NCBI GenBank assembly: GCA_963721455.1
Contig: CAVRJG010000056.1
Location: 32,001-96,000 of the forward strand
DNA length: 64,000 bases
Origin: an uncultured Methanosarcinaceae archaeon
GTDB taxonomy: Archaea > Halobacteriota > Methanosarcinia > Methanosarcinales > Methanosarcinaceae
Direction: 5' to 3'
Positions 1 through 11,648 of the stretch are shown piece by piece (the stretch's first letter is position 1; every line of letters begins with the position of its first letter). Made by a program: the position numbers and the translations under genes. A model generated the notes under the pieces. That model searched no databases. It was not told the DNA's origin and saw nothing but the letters and a program-made list of their open reading frames with translations.

Positions 1-1
1 A

Positions 2-901
2 AAAGCCAGAACAGGATACCAGCAGGTATTCATACATGGCGAAGTTCGGGATTATCCACTAGAAATTCGGCATAAGGATGGACACATAACTCCTGTTTTA
101 TATAATGCTTCAGTTTACAAAGACGAAGCTGGCAAAGTTATTGGTATTTTTGCTGCAGCACATGATATCACTGAGCGTAAAAAAGCAGAAGAATTTATGG
201 CAAACCTCGAGACTGCCCGCCTGAAAGAAATCCATCATCGAATTAAGAACAACCTGCAGGTTATCTCTTCCCTTTTGGATCTTCAGGCTGAAAAGTTCAA
301 CAACAGAGAATGTTTAGAGGATTCAGAAGTGCTTGAAGCCTTCAGGGAAAGCCAGGACAGAGTAGCATCCATTGCCCTGATCCACGAAGAACTATATGAA
401 GGTGAAGGAACCGATACTCTGAATTTTTCACTATACCTGCAGAAGCTTGTTGAAAACTTTTTCCAGACATACAGATTTGGAAATACATATAATACATATA
501 TCAGTTTAGACATGGATCTCGAGGAGAAAGTTCTCTTTGATATGGACACTGCAGTCCCATTAGGAATAATTGTTAATGAACTTGTCTCCAATTCCTTCAA
601 ATATGCATTTCCAGGGAGAGACAGAGGAGAAATCCAGATTAAACTCTCCAGGGAAGGAAATGGCCAATGTGAAAATAACGGTATAGGAAGCAAAATCGAA
701 GTGTGTAAAAGTACCAGTTATACTCTGACCGTTTCAGATAATGGAGTGGGTATACCTCAAAGCGTTAATATAAAAGATTCCGATACTCTTGGCATACAAT
801 TGGTAACTATTCTGGCAGACCAGTTAGATGGCGAACTTGAATTAAAAAGAGATTCTGGAACCGAATTCGTTATAAGATTCGCAGTACAAGAAAAACAGTA
901 A
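2..901 (+). CDS. PAS/PAC sensor histidine kinase (HisKA_2/HWE-type), 5'-truncated by window edge
   Basis: Frame open from base 2 (PAC end ...IFAAAHDITERKKAEE). H-box KEIHHRIKNNLQVISSLL, N-box NELVSNSFKYAF, G-boxes DNGVG and TLGIQLV. Confidence 0.93.
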   Translation, partial: KARTGYQQVFIHGEVRDYPLEIRHKDGHITPVLYNASVYKDEAGKVIGIFAAAHDITERKKAEEFMANLETARLKEIHHRIKNNLQVISSLLDLQAEKFNNRECLEDSEVLEAFRESQDRVASIALIHEELYEGEGTDTLNFSLYLQKLVENFFQTYRFGNTYNTYISLDMDLEEKVLFDMDTAVPLGIIVNELVSNSFKYAFPGRDRGEIQIKLSREGNGQCENNGIGSKIEVCKSTSYTLTVSDNGVGIPQSVNIKDSDTLGIQLVTILADQLDGELELKRDSGTEFVIRFAVQEKQ

Positions 902-1205
902 GAGATTTCTTTAAGGGAAGTTTTTTGGAAGTGTATTTGTCTCTTATTTAGCTCTTATTTATCTCTTATATTTTGAGACAGCTGACCCCAAAATACAATA
1001 TGAAATACAAAAGCCACGGAAAATGAGTAAACACGTAATTTTTCCATGTTTCTCTGATGGGAAATTAAAGTGTGGATATTTATATTCAAAATTGCGTGGG
1101 ATATTTATATTTGAAACTGTAAGTTCACTTATAAATTTCCAAAAATTACTTAATTTATAAGATTTACTTAAGTTCCCAGGAATTTAAACCTGCTTCTGAT
1201 AAATA

Positions 1206-1242
1206 ATGCTTTATTTTTGGAAAACGATGCTTTATTTTTGGA
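1206..1242 (+). repeat. Two direct copies of ATGCTTTATTTTTGGA (third copy at 1746-1761)
   Basis: Exact 16-mers at 1206, 1227 and 1746. Confidence 0.85.
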
Positions 1243-1473
1243 GAGGAGGTCTGGCGGGAAATCGGGGCGTTATTCAAAATCGGGGCAAAATTTTCCGTTT
1301 ACCCGAATCTGTGGAGTAAATGACCTGTATTTTCAGGCTTACTTTTAAAAAAGTGAAAATTATTGTACATATATCTTTCCGGCAGAATAGGAAAAATATA
1401 TGTATAAATTCAACACACAATAAAGAAATTTAGGTTACCCTCAAAGGAATTCCAGGATAAAAAGTCGCATCAC

Positions 1474-1488
1474 CATAAACTATTTATA
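1474..1488 (+). promoter_or_regulatory. Probable BRE/TATA promoter of the tRNA-Lys/rpo transcription unit
   Basis: cataaac-TATTTATA at 1481-1488, ~120 nt upstream of the tRNA. Confidence 0.55.
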
Positions 1489-1607
1489 GAATAGCTATAA
1501 TTAGAGGGTTGCACCGGTGTGAGAGGTGCTCCCTGATGCAGCGGGGCAGCAGGGTGAAATGCAAAAAATCTCCAGGGTGCGAAAAAACATAGATGGAGAA
1601 AACAACT

Positions 1608-1684
1608 GGGCCCGTAGCTCAGTCAGGCAGAGCGACTGGCTTTTAACCAGTCGGCCTAGGGTTCAAATCCCTACGGGCCCGCCA
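1608..1684 (+). tRNA. tRNA-Lys (anticodon UUU), CCA encoded
   Basis: Cloverleaf: GGGCCCG/CGGGCCC acceptor, GCTC/GAGC D-stem, ACTGG-CTTTTAA-CCAGT anticodon arm, GTTCAAATC T-loop, ends GCCA. Confidence 0.97.
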
Positions 1685-1770
1685 TGTTCTTAATTATACT
1701 CGGCGGAAAGGCCATTCGCGGGAAATGTCTGGCCAAGTTTTTTGAATGCTTTATTTTTGGAGGAAAGGAT

Positions 1771-2007
1771 TTGACAAAGTTCAGCCTGCTCGACCATGAG
1801 TCGGTCCCTAAACATGAAATCATGCCTGAGGGCGAGTTAAAGTCTGTTTTAAGCAAGTATTCCATTGAGAAGGAACAACTTCCGAAAATCAAAGTGCAGG
1901 ATCCTGTTAGTAAAGAAATCGGAGCTGTTATCGGAGATGTAGTGAAAATCACAAGGAAAAGTCAAACTGCCGGGGAGGCAGCGTATTACAGACTTGTGAT
2001 CGAGTAA
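1771..2007 (+). CDS. rpoH: DNA-directed RNA polymerase subunit H (Rpo5)
   Basis: HESVPKHEIM...LPKIKVQDPV...GDVVKITRKSQTAGEAAYYRLVI. TTG start at 1771 after GGAGG; the ORF-track start at 1684 overlaps the tRNA. Confidence 0.96.
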   Translation: MTKFSLLDHESVPKHEIMPEGELKSVLSKYSIEKEQLPKIKVQDPVSKEIGAVIGDVVKITRKSQTAGEAAYYRLVIE

Positions 2008-2164
2008 GCGAAGGGGAGTAAACCGCTTGCATGATCTGATATTCTTCACGGAACATCTTTTTGAATTCCATGCACCATCGTACGGAAATATTCAACGACT
2101 GGACACAGATCTGAAGATCATAGCTTATTGATTTTCATTTTAATAAAGCAAAGAGGGTGCTATC

Positions 2165-3814
2165 ATCGCGTTAGAAAGTAGTATACTGTCGCAGGCTTAT
2201 TTTACACGGGACAAGATAGTGCAGCACCATATAGACTCGTTTAACAAGTTTATAGATTACGGGCTGCAAAAAATCATAGACGAACAGAGGATAATAGAGA
2301 CTGACATTGAGGACACATACCTCAAACTCGGGAAGATCCGGGTAGAACATCCTGTAGTAAAGGAGGCAGACGGGGCAATCGAAAAGCTTTACCCCAACGA
2401 GGGAAGGCTTAGAAACCTCTCGTACTCAGGCCCTCTCTATCTTGAGATGAGCGTAGTAAAAGAGGGAATCGAGTCCGATGTAATTGAAGCAAAGATAGGG
2501 CAGCTTCCAATTATGATCAAGTCCAAAATCTGCAATCTTCTCGGACTCAGTGATACTGAAAAAGTTCGGTATGGGGAAGACCCTCTTGACCCAGGGGGAT
2601 ATTTCATTATCGGCGGCACCGAAAGGGTAGTCATGACCCTTGAAGACCTCGCCCCTAACAAGATTCTTGTAGAGTATGGCGAACGATATGGCGATTCCAT
2701 TGAAGTTGCAAAAGTTTTCTCCCAGAAGCGAGGGTACAGGGCACTCGTAATCGTAGAAAGAGGCAGAAAGTCCCTTCTCGAGGTTTCCTTCCCTTCGATC
2801 TCAGGAAGAGTATTTTTTATTACCCTTATGAGGGCTCTTGGAATTGTAACTGATGAGGATATCGTAAACGCAGTTTCAAGTGATCCTGAAATTATCAAGT
2901 TCATGCTGGAAAACCTGGAAGAAGCCGAGGTCGAGACCCAGGAAGAAGCAATCGAAAAGATCGGTGCAAGGGTCGCTGCAGGGCAGGCCAAGGAATACCA
3001 GATAAAAAGAGCAAACTACGTCATTGACAGATACCTTTTCCCGCATCTTGGAAACGATATGAGGGACAGGATCTCGAAGGCTCACTTCCTGGCAAGAATG
3101 GCTGAGTCCTGTTTCGAGCTTGCACTTGGCAAGCGCTCTGAAGACGACAAAGACCACTATGCAAACAAAAGGCTGAAGCTCGCAGGAGACCTGATGGAAG
3201 ATCTCTTCAGGGTATCTTTCAACAGGCTGGCAAGAGACATAAAATACCAGCTCGAGCGCGCAAACATGAGGAACAGGGAACTGAACGTCGCCACAATAGT
3301 AAGGGCAGACGTCCTGACTGACCGCCTTCAGCACCCTCTGGCAACCGGAAACTGGGTTGGGGGGAGAACAGGTGTGTCTCAACTCCTGGACAGAAACGAC
3401 TATATTTCTACTCTTTCCCACCTGCGCCGTGTAATTTCTCCCCTTTCCCGCGCCCAGCCCCATTTTGAAGCTAGAGACCTGCATGCAACCCAGTGGGGAA
3501 GGCTCTGTCCTTCGGAAACCCCTGAAGGTCCGAATTGTGGCCTGGTGAAAAACTTTGCCGAGATGGTTGAGCTTTCCACAGGCATAGAAGAGACCGAAAG
3601 CATGAAGAAAATACTCTACAACCTGAATGTCGAGCGTGTGGTTGTAAAGGTGCCAGAAATCCCGGCTCGAATAAAAGAAATTTTACTCGACGAGTTCGGA
3701 GAAGAAATCGTTGAGGAGTTTGAAGAAACTCCGGAAGCCGAAACCAAATACAAAGATGAGGAATTCTACGATTATTCAGATATGAACGATGCCGAATCAA
3801 CGTTCGGTGATTAA
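2165..3814 (+). CDS. rpoB2: RNA polymerase subunit B'' (Rpo2N); start uncertain (first canonical start is GTG 2219)
   Basis: [46 protein letters not shown]. Frame is open upstream to 2147. Confidence 0.97.
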   Translation: MALESSILSQAYFTRDKIVQHHIDSFNKFIDYGLQKIIDEQRIIETDIEDTYLKLGKIRVEHPVVKEADGAIEKLYPNEGRLRNLSYSGPLYLEMSVVKEGIESDVIEAKIGQLPIMIKSKICNLLGLSDTEKVRYGEDPLDPGGYFIIGGTERVVMTLEDLAPNKILVEYGERYGDSIEVAKVFSQKRGYRALVIVERGRKSLLEVSFPSISGRVFFITLMRALGIVTDEDIVNAVSSDPEIIKFMLENLEEAEVETQEEAIEKIGARVAAGQAKEYQIKRANYVIDRYLFPHLGNDMRDRISKAHFLARMAESCFELALGKRSEDDKDHYANKRLKLAGDLMEDLFRVSFNRLARDIKYQLERANMRNRELNVATIVRADVLTDRLQHPLATGNWVGGRTGVSQLLDRNDYISTLSHLRRVISPLSRAQPHFEARDLHATQWGRLCPSETPEGPNCGLVKNFAEMVELSTGIEETESMKKILYNLNVERVVVKVPEIPARIKEILLDEFGEEIVEEFEETPEAETKYKDEEFYDYSDMNDAESTFGD

Positions 3815-3828
3815 GGGGTCGATGCCAG

Positions 3829-5643
3829 ATGACTAAAGCAAAAGTATTCATAAACGGGGAGCTTGTCGGAACCCATGATAACCCTACGGAACTCGCGAGC
3901 GAGCTCCGAAAAATGAGGCGGCAGGGGTTCATATCCAGACAGGTCAACATAGCTCTTAATGACAACACCAGGGAAATAATCATAAACTCCGACATGGGCA
4001 GAGCAAGAAGACCCCTCTTAGTAGTGGAAAACGGAGCGCTTCGTGTAACAGAAGAGCACATACGGAAACTGAAAAACAAAGAAATCAGCTATGAAGACAT
4101 CGTAAAAGAAGGCTGTGTGGAGTATCTGGACGCCGAAGAGGAAGAAAATGCTTACATTGCCCTCTACGAAGCTGATATTACCACCAGGCATACTCACATG
4201 GAGATTGATCCTGAACTTATGCTTGGAATTTGCACAGGTATGGTTCCTTACCCGGAACACAATGCATCTCCGCGTAATACCATGGGCGCAGCCATGATCA
4301 AGCAGTGTATCGGAGTTTCTACAGCAAACCAGAAGCTCAGACCCGATACCCGTGCCCATGTTCTTCACTACCCACAGAAGGCGCTCACCAGGACAAGAAC
4401 CTCTGAAGCAATAGGTTTTGATGAGAGGCCAGCAGGCCAGAACTTCGTGGTCGCAATCCTGTCCTATGAAGGGTATAACATTGAAGATGCCCTGATTTTC
4501 AACAATGGTTCAATCGAAAGAGGGCTTGGAAGAAGCCACTTCCTCAGAACCTTCGAGGGAGAAGAAAGAAGGTATCCGGGAGGGCAGGAAGACAAGTTCG
4601 AGATTCCCGACTCCGAGTTTCGTGGAGCCCGCAGTGCTGACGCATATGCGAACCTGGACATCGACGGGCTTGTAAACCCTGAAACCCCGGTTGGCCCTAA
4701 CGACGTGCTGATCGGAAAGACCAGTCCCCCGAGGTTCCTTGAAGAACCGACCGACTTCGGGATTGCAGTAGAGCAGAGAAGAGAAAGCTCAATCACTATG
4801 CGGTCCAATGAGACAGGGATTGTGGATACTGTAATTCTAACAGAATCAATTAATGGAACCCGTCTTGCCAAAGTAAAGGTAAGAGATGAAAGGATTCCTG
4901 ACATAGGGGACAAATTCGCTTCCAGGCACGGGCAAAAAGGAGTTATCGGGCTGAAAGTCCCGATTGCGGATATGCCTTTTACGGATTCCGGACTGACTCC
5001 GGACCTGATGATTAACCCGCACGCAATTCCTTCCCGTATGACTGTAGGGCACGTCCTGGAAATGATCGGCGGAAAAGTAGGTTCCATGGAAGGCAGAAGA
5101 GTAAACGCAACAGCCTTCTCCGGAGAAAAAGAAGACGACCTCAGGGAAGCCCTGAAAAAGCACGGCTTTGCCCATACCGGAAAAGAGATTTTCTATGATG
5201 GAGCAACAGGCAGGATGATCCCTGCAGATGTTTTCGTTGGTGTTATCCTTTACCAGAAACTGCACCACATGGTTACCTCCAAGATGCATGCCAGGTCTCG
5301 CGGGCCTGTACAGGTGCTTACCCGCCAGCCGACTGAAGGTCGAGCCAGAGAAGGTGGTCTCAGGTTCGGAGAAATGGAGCGTGATGTGCTGGTAGGGCAC
5401 GGAGCTGCCATGTCGTTAAAAGAGAGGTTGCTGGACGAGTCGGACAAGGTTGTAGAACTTGTCTGCTCTCACTGCGGAATGATTGCAACGTATGACAAGC
5501 AGCGGAAAGTATCTTTCTGCTCCGCCTGCGGTGCTGACACGGATATTTACCCCGTAGAGATGAGCTACGCATTCAAGCTGCTGCTGGACGAAATCAAATC
5601 CCTGGGAGTTGCTCCAAGGCTTAATCTTGAAGATGCGGTGTGA
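3829..5643 (+). CDS. rpoB1: RNA polymerase subunit B' (Rpo2C)
   Basis: [34 protein letters not shown]-terminal Zn ribbon. Confidence 0.98.
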   Translation: MTKAKVFINGELVGTHDNPTELASELRKMRRQGFISRQVNIALNDNTREIIINSDMGRARRPLLVVENGALRVTEEHIRKLKNKEISYEDIVKEGCVEYLDAEEEENAYIALYEADITTRHTHMEIDPELMLGICTGMVPYPEHNASPRNTMGAAMIKQCIGVSTANQKLRPDTRAHVLHYPQKALTRTRTSEAIGFDERPAGQNFVVAILSYEGYNIEDALIFNNGSIERGLGRSHFLRTFEGEERRYPGGQEDKFEIPDSEFRGARSADAYANLDIDGLVNPETPVGPNDVLIGKTSPPRFLEEPTDFGIAVEQRRESSITMRSNETGIVDTVILTESINGTRLAKVKVRDERIPDIGDKFASRHGQKGVIGLKVPIADMPFTDSGLTPDLMINPHAIPSRMTVGHVLEMIGGKVGSMEGRRVNATAFSGEKEDDLREALKKHGFAHTGKEIFYDGATGRMIPADVFVGVILYQKLHHMVTSKMHARSRGPVQVLTRQPTEGRAREGGLRFGEMERDVLVGHGAAMSLKERLLDESDKVVELVCSHCGMIATYDKQRKVSFCSACGADTDIYPVEMSYAFKLLLDEIKSLGVAPRLNLEDAV

Positions 5644-5651
5644 GGTGGAAG

Positions 5652-8294
5652 ATGGCAAATGTACCCCCTATTCCGAAAAGAATTTCTTCAATTAAATTCG
5701 GTTTACTGTCCCCAAAAGAAATCCGTAAGATGAGTTCAACGCCCATTATCACGGCTGACACTTACGATGACGACGGATTTCCAATTGATATGGGACTTAT
5801 GGACACAAAACTCGGGGTTATTGACCCCGGGCTTCGCTGCAAGACCTGTTCCGGAAGGGCAGGTGAGTGCCCGGGACACTTCGGGCACATTGAACTTGTC
5901 GCCCCTGTAGTCCACGTTGGCTTTAACAAAGTAATCAGAAAACTCCTTCGGGCAACCTGTAGAAAGTGCAGCAAGATCCTGCTTGAACCTGCACAAAAAC
6001 AGAAGTTCCTGGGCCAGCTTGTAGGCATCGGGGAAATCGGACATATGCCCGATGACCTTATCAACGAGGCTTATAAGGAAGCCAGTAAAGTAAAGGTCTG
6101 TCCTTACTGTAACGAGGAACAGCTCGATATCAAATTCGAAAAACCCACTGAATATCTCGAAAACGGGGAGAAATTGACCCCGACCGAGATAAGGGACCGT
6201 TTTGAGAATATCCCTGACGAGGACATAACAGTCATCGGAATGGACCCGAAGAATGCGAGGCCTGAGTGGATGATCCTTACCGTCCTTCCCGTGCCTCCTG
6301 TAACGGTTCGTCCTTCCATTACTCTTGAATCCGGGCAGCGCAGTGAAGATGACCTGACCCACAAGCTGGTAGATATCATCAGGATCAACCAGCGCTTCCA
6401 GGAAAACAGGGAAGCTGGCGCCCCTCAGCTCATTATTGAGGACCTCTGGGAACTCCTTCAGTATCACGTTACTACATTCTTTGACAACTCAGTCTCAGGG
6501 ATACCTCCTGCAAGGCATAGGTCAGGCAGACCCTTAAAGACCCTTTCCCAGCGTTTAAAGGGTAAGGAAGGGCGTTTCAGAGGGAGCCTGTCTGGTAAAC
6601 GTGTTAATTTCTCTGCCCGTACAGTAATTTCTCCTGATCCCAACCTGAGCATTAATGAGGTAGGGGTTCCGATGCCCATCGCACGGATCCTGACAATGCC
6701 ATGCGTGGTAACGCCAAGGAATATAGAACAGCTTAAGGTTTATGTGCGCAATGGCGTGGATATCCATCCCGGAGCAAACTATGTACTGCGTTCTGACGAC
6801 AGGCGCATAAAAGTTACCAATGTAAACAAAGACGACCTTGCCGAAAAGCTGGAGTTCGGATGGCTGGTGGAGCGCCAGTTGAAGGATGGAGATATTGTAC
6901 TCTTTAACAGGCAGCCGTCCCTGCACAAGATGAGTATTATGGCTCATTCTGTTAAGGTGCTTCCAAACAAGACCTTCAGGCTGAACCCTGCAGTATGCCC
7001 TCCATACAACGCCGACTTTGACGGGGACGAAATGAACATGCACGCCCTTCAGACAGAAGAGTCCAGGGCTGAGGCAAAGATCCTCATGCGAGTTCAGGAA
7101 AATATTCTCTCCCCGCGTTTCGGAGGTCCCATTATAGGCGGGATCCATGACCACATTTCAGGGCTTTTCCTGCTGACCCGTCTCGAAAATCACATTTCCG
7201 GCCACGATGCTTACGACATCCTCCGGAAGAGCAGCGCCCGTACCCTGCCTACGCCTGCGGGTCACGATGAGGACGGAAAGCCCTACTGGACTGGAAAGCA
7301 GATCTTCAGCCAGATTCTGCCAAAAAACCTGAGTGTAGAGTTTACAGCCCAGGTCTGCTCGCACTGTGACACCTGCAAGAAAGAAGGGTGCCCGAACGAT
7401 GCCTATGTGGTGATCCGGAATGGTGAACTCATTATGGGCACTATAGACGAAGCTGCGATAGGAGCATTTAAAGGCAAAATCCAGGACCGTATTATCAAGG
7501 AGATCGGTCCCGAAGCCGGAGCTAACTTCATAGACGACATGACCAAGCTTGCAATCAGAGCAATCATGCGGACAGGCCTGAGTTTCGGAATAGCTGACGA
7601 AGATATCCCGAGAGAAGCCAGGATCCAGATTAATGAAGTCCTCGGTAAAGCTGAAGAAGCCGTGCAGAACCTTATCAAATCTTATCAGAATAAAGAGCTT
7701 GAATCCCTCCCTGGCAGGACCCTTGATGAAACAATTGAAATGAGCATCATGCAGAAGCTCGGGAAGGCCAGAGACGAGACCGGTGGCATTGCAGACAGCC
7801 ACATGGGGCTTGAGAATTCGGCAGTTATCATGGCCCGCTCCGGAGCCAGAGGTTCCATTCTGAACCTTACCCAGATGGCAGCCTGTGTTGGCCAGCAGGC
7901 AGTGCGTGGTGAACGTATCCGCAGAGGATATGCAGGCAGAACTCTGCCCCATTTCGAAGTGGGAGACCTCGGATCGGATGCCCATGGATTCGTGAAGGCA
8001 AGCTACAAGAGCGGATTGAATCCGACCGAATATTTCTTCCACGCAATCGGTGGCAGAGAAGGGCTTGTGGACACTGCGGTCAGGACATCCCAGTCAGGGT
8101 ACCTGCAGAGGAGGCTTGTCAATGCCCTCCAGGATCTGGAAGTCCAGTATGACCTTACTGTCAGGGATACCAGAGGCGTGCTCGTACAGTTCAAGTACGG
8201 AGAAGACGGGATCAATCCCACGAAAAGTGACTTTAGCAAGCCTGAGACGATCCACAGGATCGTCCGTTCGGTTGTGAACAAAGAGGTGGCCTGA
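5652..8294 (+). CDS. rpoA1: RNA polymerase subunit A' (Rpo1N)
   Basis: Catalytic YNADFDGDEMN, CPGHFGHIEL, GLVDTAVRTSQSGYLQRRL. ATG 5652 follows GAGGTG. Confidence 0.98.
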   Translation: MANVPPIPKRISSIKFGLLSPKEIRKMSSTPIITADTYDDDGFPIDMGLMDTKLGVIDPGLRCKTCSGRAGECPGHFGHIELVAPVVHVGFNKVIRKLLRATCRKCSKILLEPAQKQKFLGQLVGIGEIGHMPDDLINEAYKEASKVKVCPYCNEEQLDIKFEKPTEYLENGEKLTPTEIRDRFENIPDEDITVIGMDPKNARPEWMILTVLPVPPVTVRPSITLESGQRSEDDLTHKLVDIIRINQRFQENREAGAPQLIIEDLWELLQYHVTTFFDNSVSGIPPARHRSGRPLKTLSQRLKGKEGRFRGSLSGKRVNFSARTVISPDPNLSINEVGVPMPIARILTMPCVVTPRNIEQLKVYVRNGVDIHPGANYVLRSDDRRIKVTNVNKDDLAEKLEFGWLVERQLKDGDIVLFNRQPSLHKMSIMAHSVKVLPNKTFRLNPAVCPPYNADFDGDEMNMHALQTEESRAEAKILMRVQENILSPRFGGPIIGGIHDHISGLFLLTRLENHISGHDAYDILRKSSARTLPTPAGHDEDGKPYWTGKQIFSQILPKNLSVEFTAQVCSHCDTCKKEGCPNDAYVVIRNGELIMGTIDEAAIGAFKGKIQDRIIKEIGPEAGANFIDDMTKLAIRAIMRTGLSFGIADEDIPREARIQINEVLGKAEEAVQNLIKSYQNKELESLPGRTLDETIEMSIMQKLGKARDETGGIADSHMGLENSAVIMARSGARGSILNLTQMAACVGQQAVRGERIRRGYAGRTLPHFEVGDLGSDAHGFVKASYKSGLNPTEYFFHAIGGREGLVDTAVRTSQSGYLQRRLVNALQDLEVQYDLTVRDTRGVLVQFKYGEDGINPTKSDFSKPETIHRIVRSVVNKEVA

Positions 8295-9487
8295 TGAGTA
8301 TCAGCGAAGCTACAATCGATAGCATGATAAAAGACCTGCCTTTTCCTTCGAATACTCTTAACGCTCTCAAGGAAGATGTTATCAAAGCCGGAGTAAGCAA
8401 GAAGGAAATGGAAGAGATCATAGAAAAGGTAATGGAAGAGTATGAGGTGTCATGCATCGAACCCTGCGACGCTGCAGGTGTTATTGCAGCCCAGTCCATA
8501 GGGGAACCAGGCACCCAGATGACCATGCGTACCTTCCACTATGCCGGTGTGGCTGAGATTAACGTTACTCTCGGTCTGCCCCGCCTTATAGAAATCGTGG
8601 ATGCCCGGAAAATTCCGAGCACTCCGATGATGACAATTGCCCTCTCCAAAGAGAACCCTGATGATTATGCTTACAACAGGGAAAAGACAAGAGCTCTTGC
8701 CTGGGAAATTGAAGCGACCAAAATAGACCACATTGCTGACGTGACCACTGACCTTTCCCAGATGAAGCTGATCATCGACCTGCACGAAAAAGCAATGGAA
8801 GGCAGGAACATCACTATTGAACAGGTAAAGGAGAAGTTCAACGAAGAACTGAACGTGCTGGTCACTATTTCCCCTGATATAGATAACCAGATTATCATCG
8901 CCCCGGGAGAGCAATCTTACAGGGAACTCCTCCAGCTTGCGAAAAGTATCCACAATGTCACCATGAAAGGGATAGAAGGGATCAAGCGAGTGGTGGTCAG
9001 GAAAGAAGGTGAGGAGTACACCCTCTATACCGAAGGCTCGGCTCTGCGTGAAGTGCTTCAGTTCGAAGGAGTGGACAGGACAAGAACCAGCACAAACAAT
9101 GTCAATGAAATATACGAAGTTCTGGGAGTCGAGGCTGCAAGAAATGCACTTATCAAGGAAGCCACAGATACCCTGCGTGAACAGGGTCTTACCGTGGATA
9201 TTCGGCACATTATGCTTGTGTCAGATCTCATGACCTGCGACGGAGAAGTAAAACAAATAGGAAGACACGGAATCTCAGGTGAAAAGGCAAGTGTATTTGC
9301 ACGTGCGGCTTTCGAAGTGACTGTCAATCACCTGCTGGATGCAGGGATGCGCGGAGATGTGGACAAGCTGGAGGGCGTTACCGAGAATATCATTGTCGGT
9401 CAACCTATCCGCATGGGTACCGGCGACGTTCACCTTGTAAGTAGAAGGAAACAAGAAATCAAAGCAGAGGATGAGTCAGGGCTTTAA
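8294..9487 (+). CDS. rpoA2: RNA polymerase subunit A'' (Rpo1C)
   Basis: AAQSIGEPGTQMTMRTFH, VTLGLPRLIEI, ENIIVGQPIRMGTG. Confidence 0.98.
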   Translation: MSISEATIDSMIKDLPFPSNTLNALKEDVIKAGVSKKEMEEIIEKVMEEYEVSCIEPCDAAGVIAAQSIGEPGTQMTMRTFHYAGVAEINVTLGLPRLIEIVDARKIPSTPMMTIALSKENPDDYAYNREKTRALAWEIEATKIDHIADVTTDLSQMKLIIDLHEKAMEGRNITIEQVKEKFNEELNVLVTISPDIDNQIIIAPGEQSYRELLQLAKSIHNVTMKGIEGIKRVVVRKEGEEYTLYTEGSALREVLQFEGVDRTRTSTNNVNEIYEVLGVEAARNALIKEATDTLREQGLTVDIRHIMLVSDLMTCDGEVKQIGRHGISGEKASVFARAAFEVTVNHLLDAGMRGDVDKLEGVTENIIVGQPIRMGTGDVHLVSRRKQEIKAEDESGL

Positions 9488-9718
9488 GGCAAAATCCCTG
9501 AATTCAACCTATAATTATTTAAATGTATAGCCTGATAGAAGACCAGTTCAGATCAGGTATATATTACCTTTATGAAACTTATCAAATCCTGTTGCAGAAA
9601 CTTGAGTCCGCGGGGCTCATAACCAGAAAATAGATATAAGGCATCAGGTATTTAGAGTACCATATATTCACCGAGCTTGGAAATCTTTATTGAGAAAGAT
9701 ATAGAGTAGACGAGCTAA

Positions 9719-10030
<312 letters not shown>

Positions 10031-10050
10031 TAAAAGGAGTTGGCAACGTC

Positions 10051-10476
10051 TTGGGTGAAATAAGACTTACTGCAGAAAGCATCCAGTACATTGCATTATT
10101 TGAAAATATGACACGAGCCAAGATTCTCGACTGCATTCCGGAAGAGGAAAGGCTCGTATATGTCGTAAAGCAGGGTGATATGGGGCTTGCAATAGGCAAA
10201 AATGGGGAGAATATAAACCGTGTTAAAAAAGCCCTGGACAAACCTATAGAGCTTGTGGAATATTCAGAAGACCCTGTCACCTTTCTAAAGAACGCCTTCG
10301 GACCTGTGTCCGTGAGTTCGGCGAACATTATAAACAAAAATGGCAAGCGATTGGCTTATGTAGAGGTACCAAATAAAGAGAAGGGGCTTGCCATCGGTCG
10401 CAGCGGCAAGAACATCGAAAAAGTAAAGATGCTTGCCCGTCGCCATCACAATATAGAAGATGTAATCCTGCAGTAA
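10051..10476 (+). CDS. nusA: Archaeal NusA (two KH domains)
   Basis: GLAIGKNGENI and GLAIGRSGKNI KH motifs; TTG at 10051 after AGGAG. Confidence 0.95.
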   Translation: MGEIRLTAESIQYIALFENMTRAKILDCIPEEERLVYVVKQGDMGLAIGKNGENINRVKKALDKPIELVEYSEDPVTFLKNAFGPVSVSSANIINKNGKRLAYVEVPNKEKGLAIGRSGKNIEKVKMLARRHHNIEDVILQ

Positions 10477-10554
10477 TCTACCTTAATTTACGTTGATCCA
10501 TTAATCCGGCGTTGAAGGACAATCTGGCATCTAATGCCTTATAGGAAACTGTGA

Positions 10555-11576
<1,022 letters not shown>

Positions 11577-11648
11577 TCGCTTATACGGGCTTGCCCGATT
11601 TAAAAAGTCATTATATAACGAGATTACATTTGTTTAAAAGGTATTAGC

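Noticed and set aside
1011-1060. Degenerate CCACGGAAA...TTTCCATG palindrome, similar to 22881-23000
   Set aside because: Too degenerate to call a shared repeat family without a genome-wide search; may be simple terminators.
1608-1684. tRNA-Lys as an integration site
   Set aside because: I saw no duplicate of the tRNA 3' end and no integrase in the window.
2165-9487. Split RNA polymerase large subunits as a novelty
   Set aside because: B''/B' and A'/A'' splits are standard in methanogens and haloarchaea.
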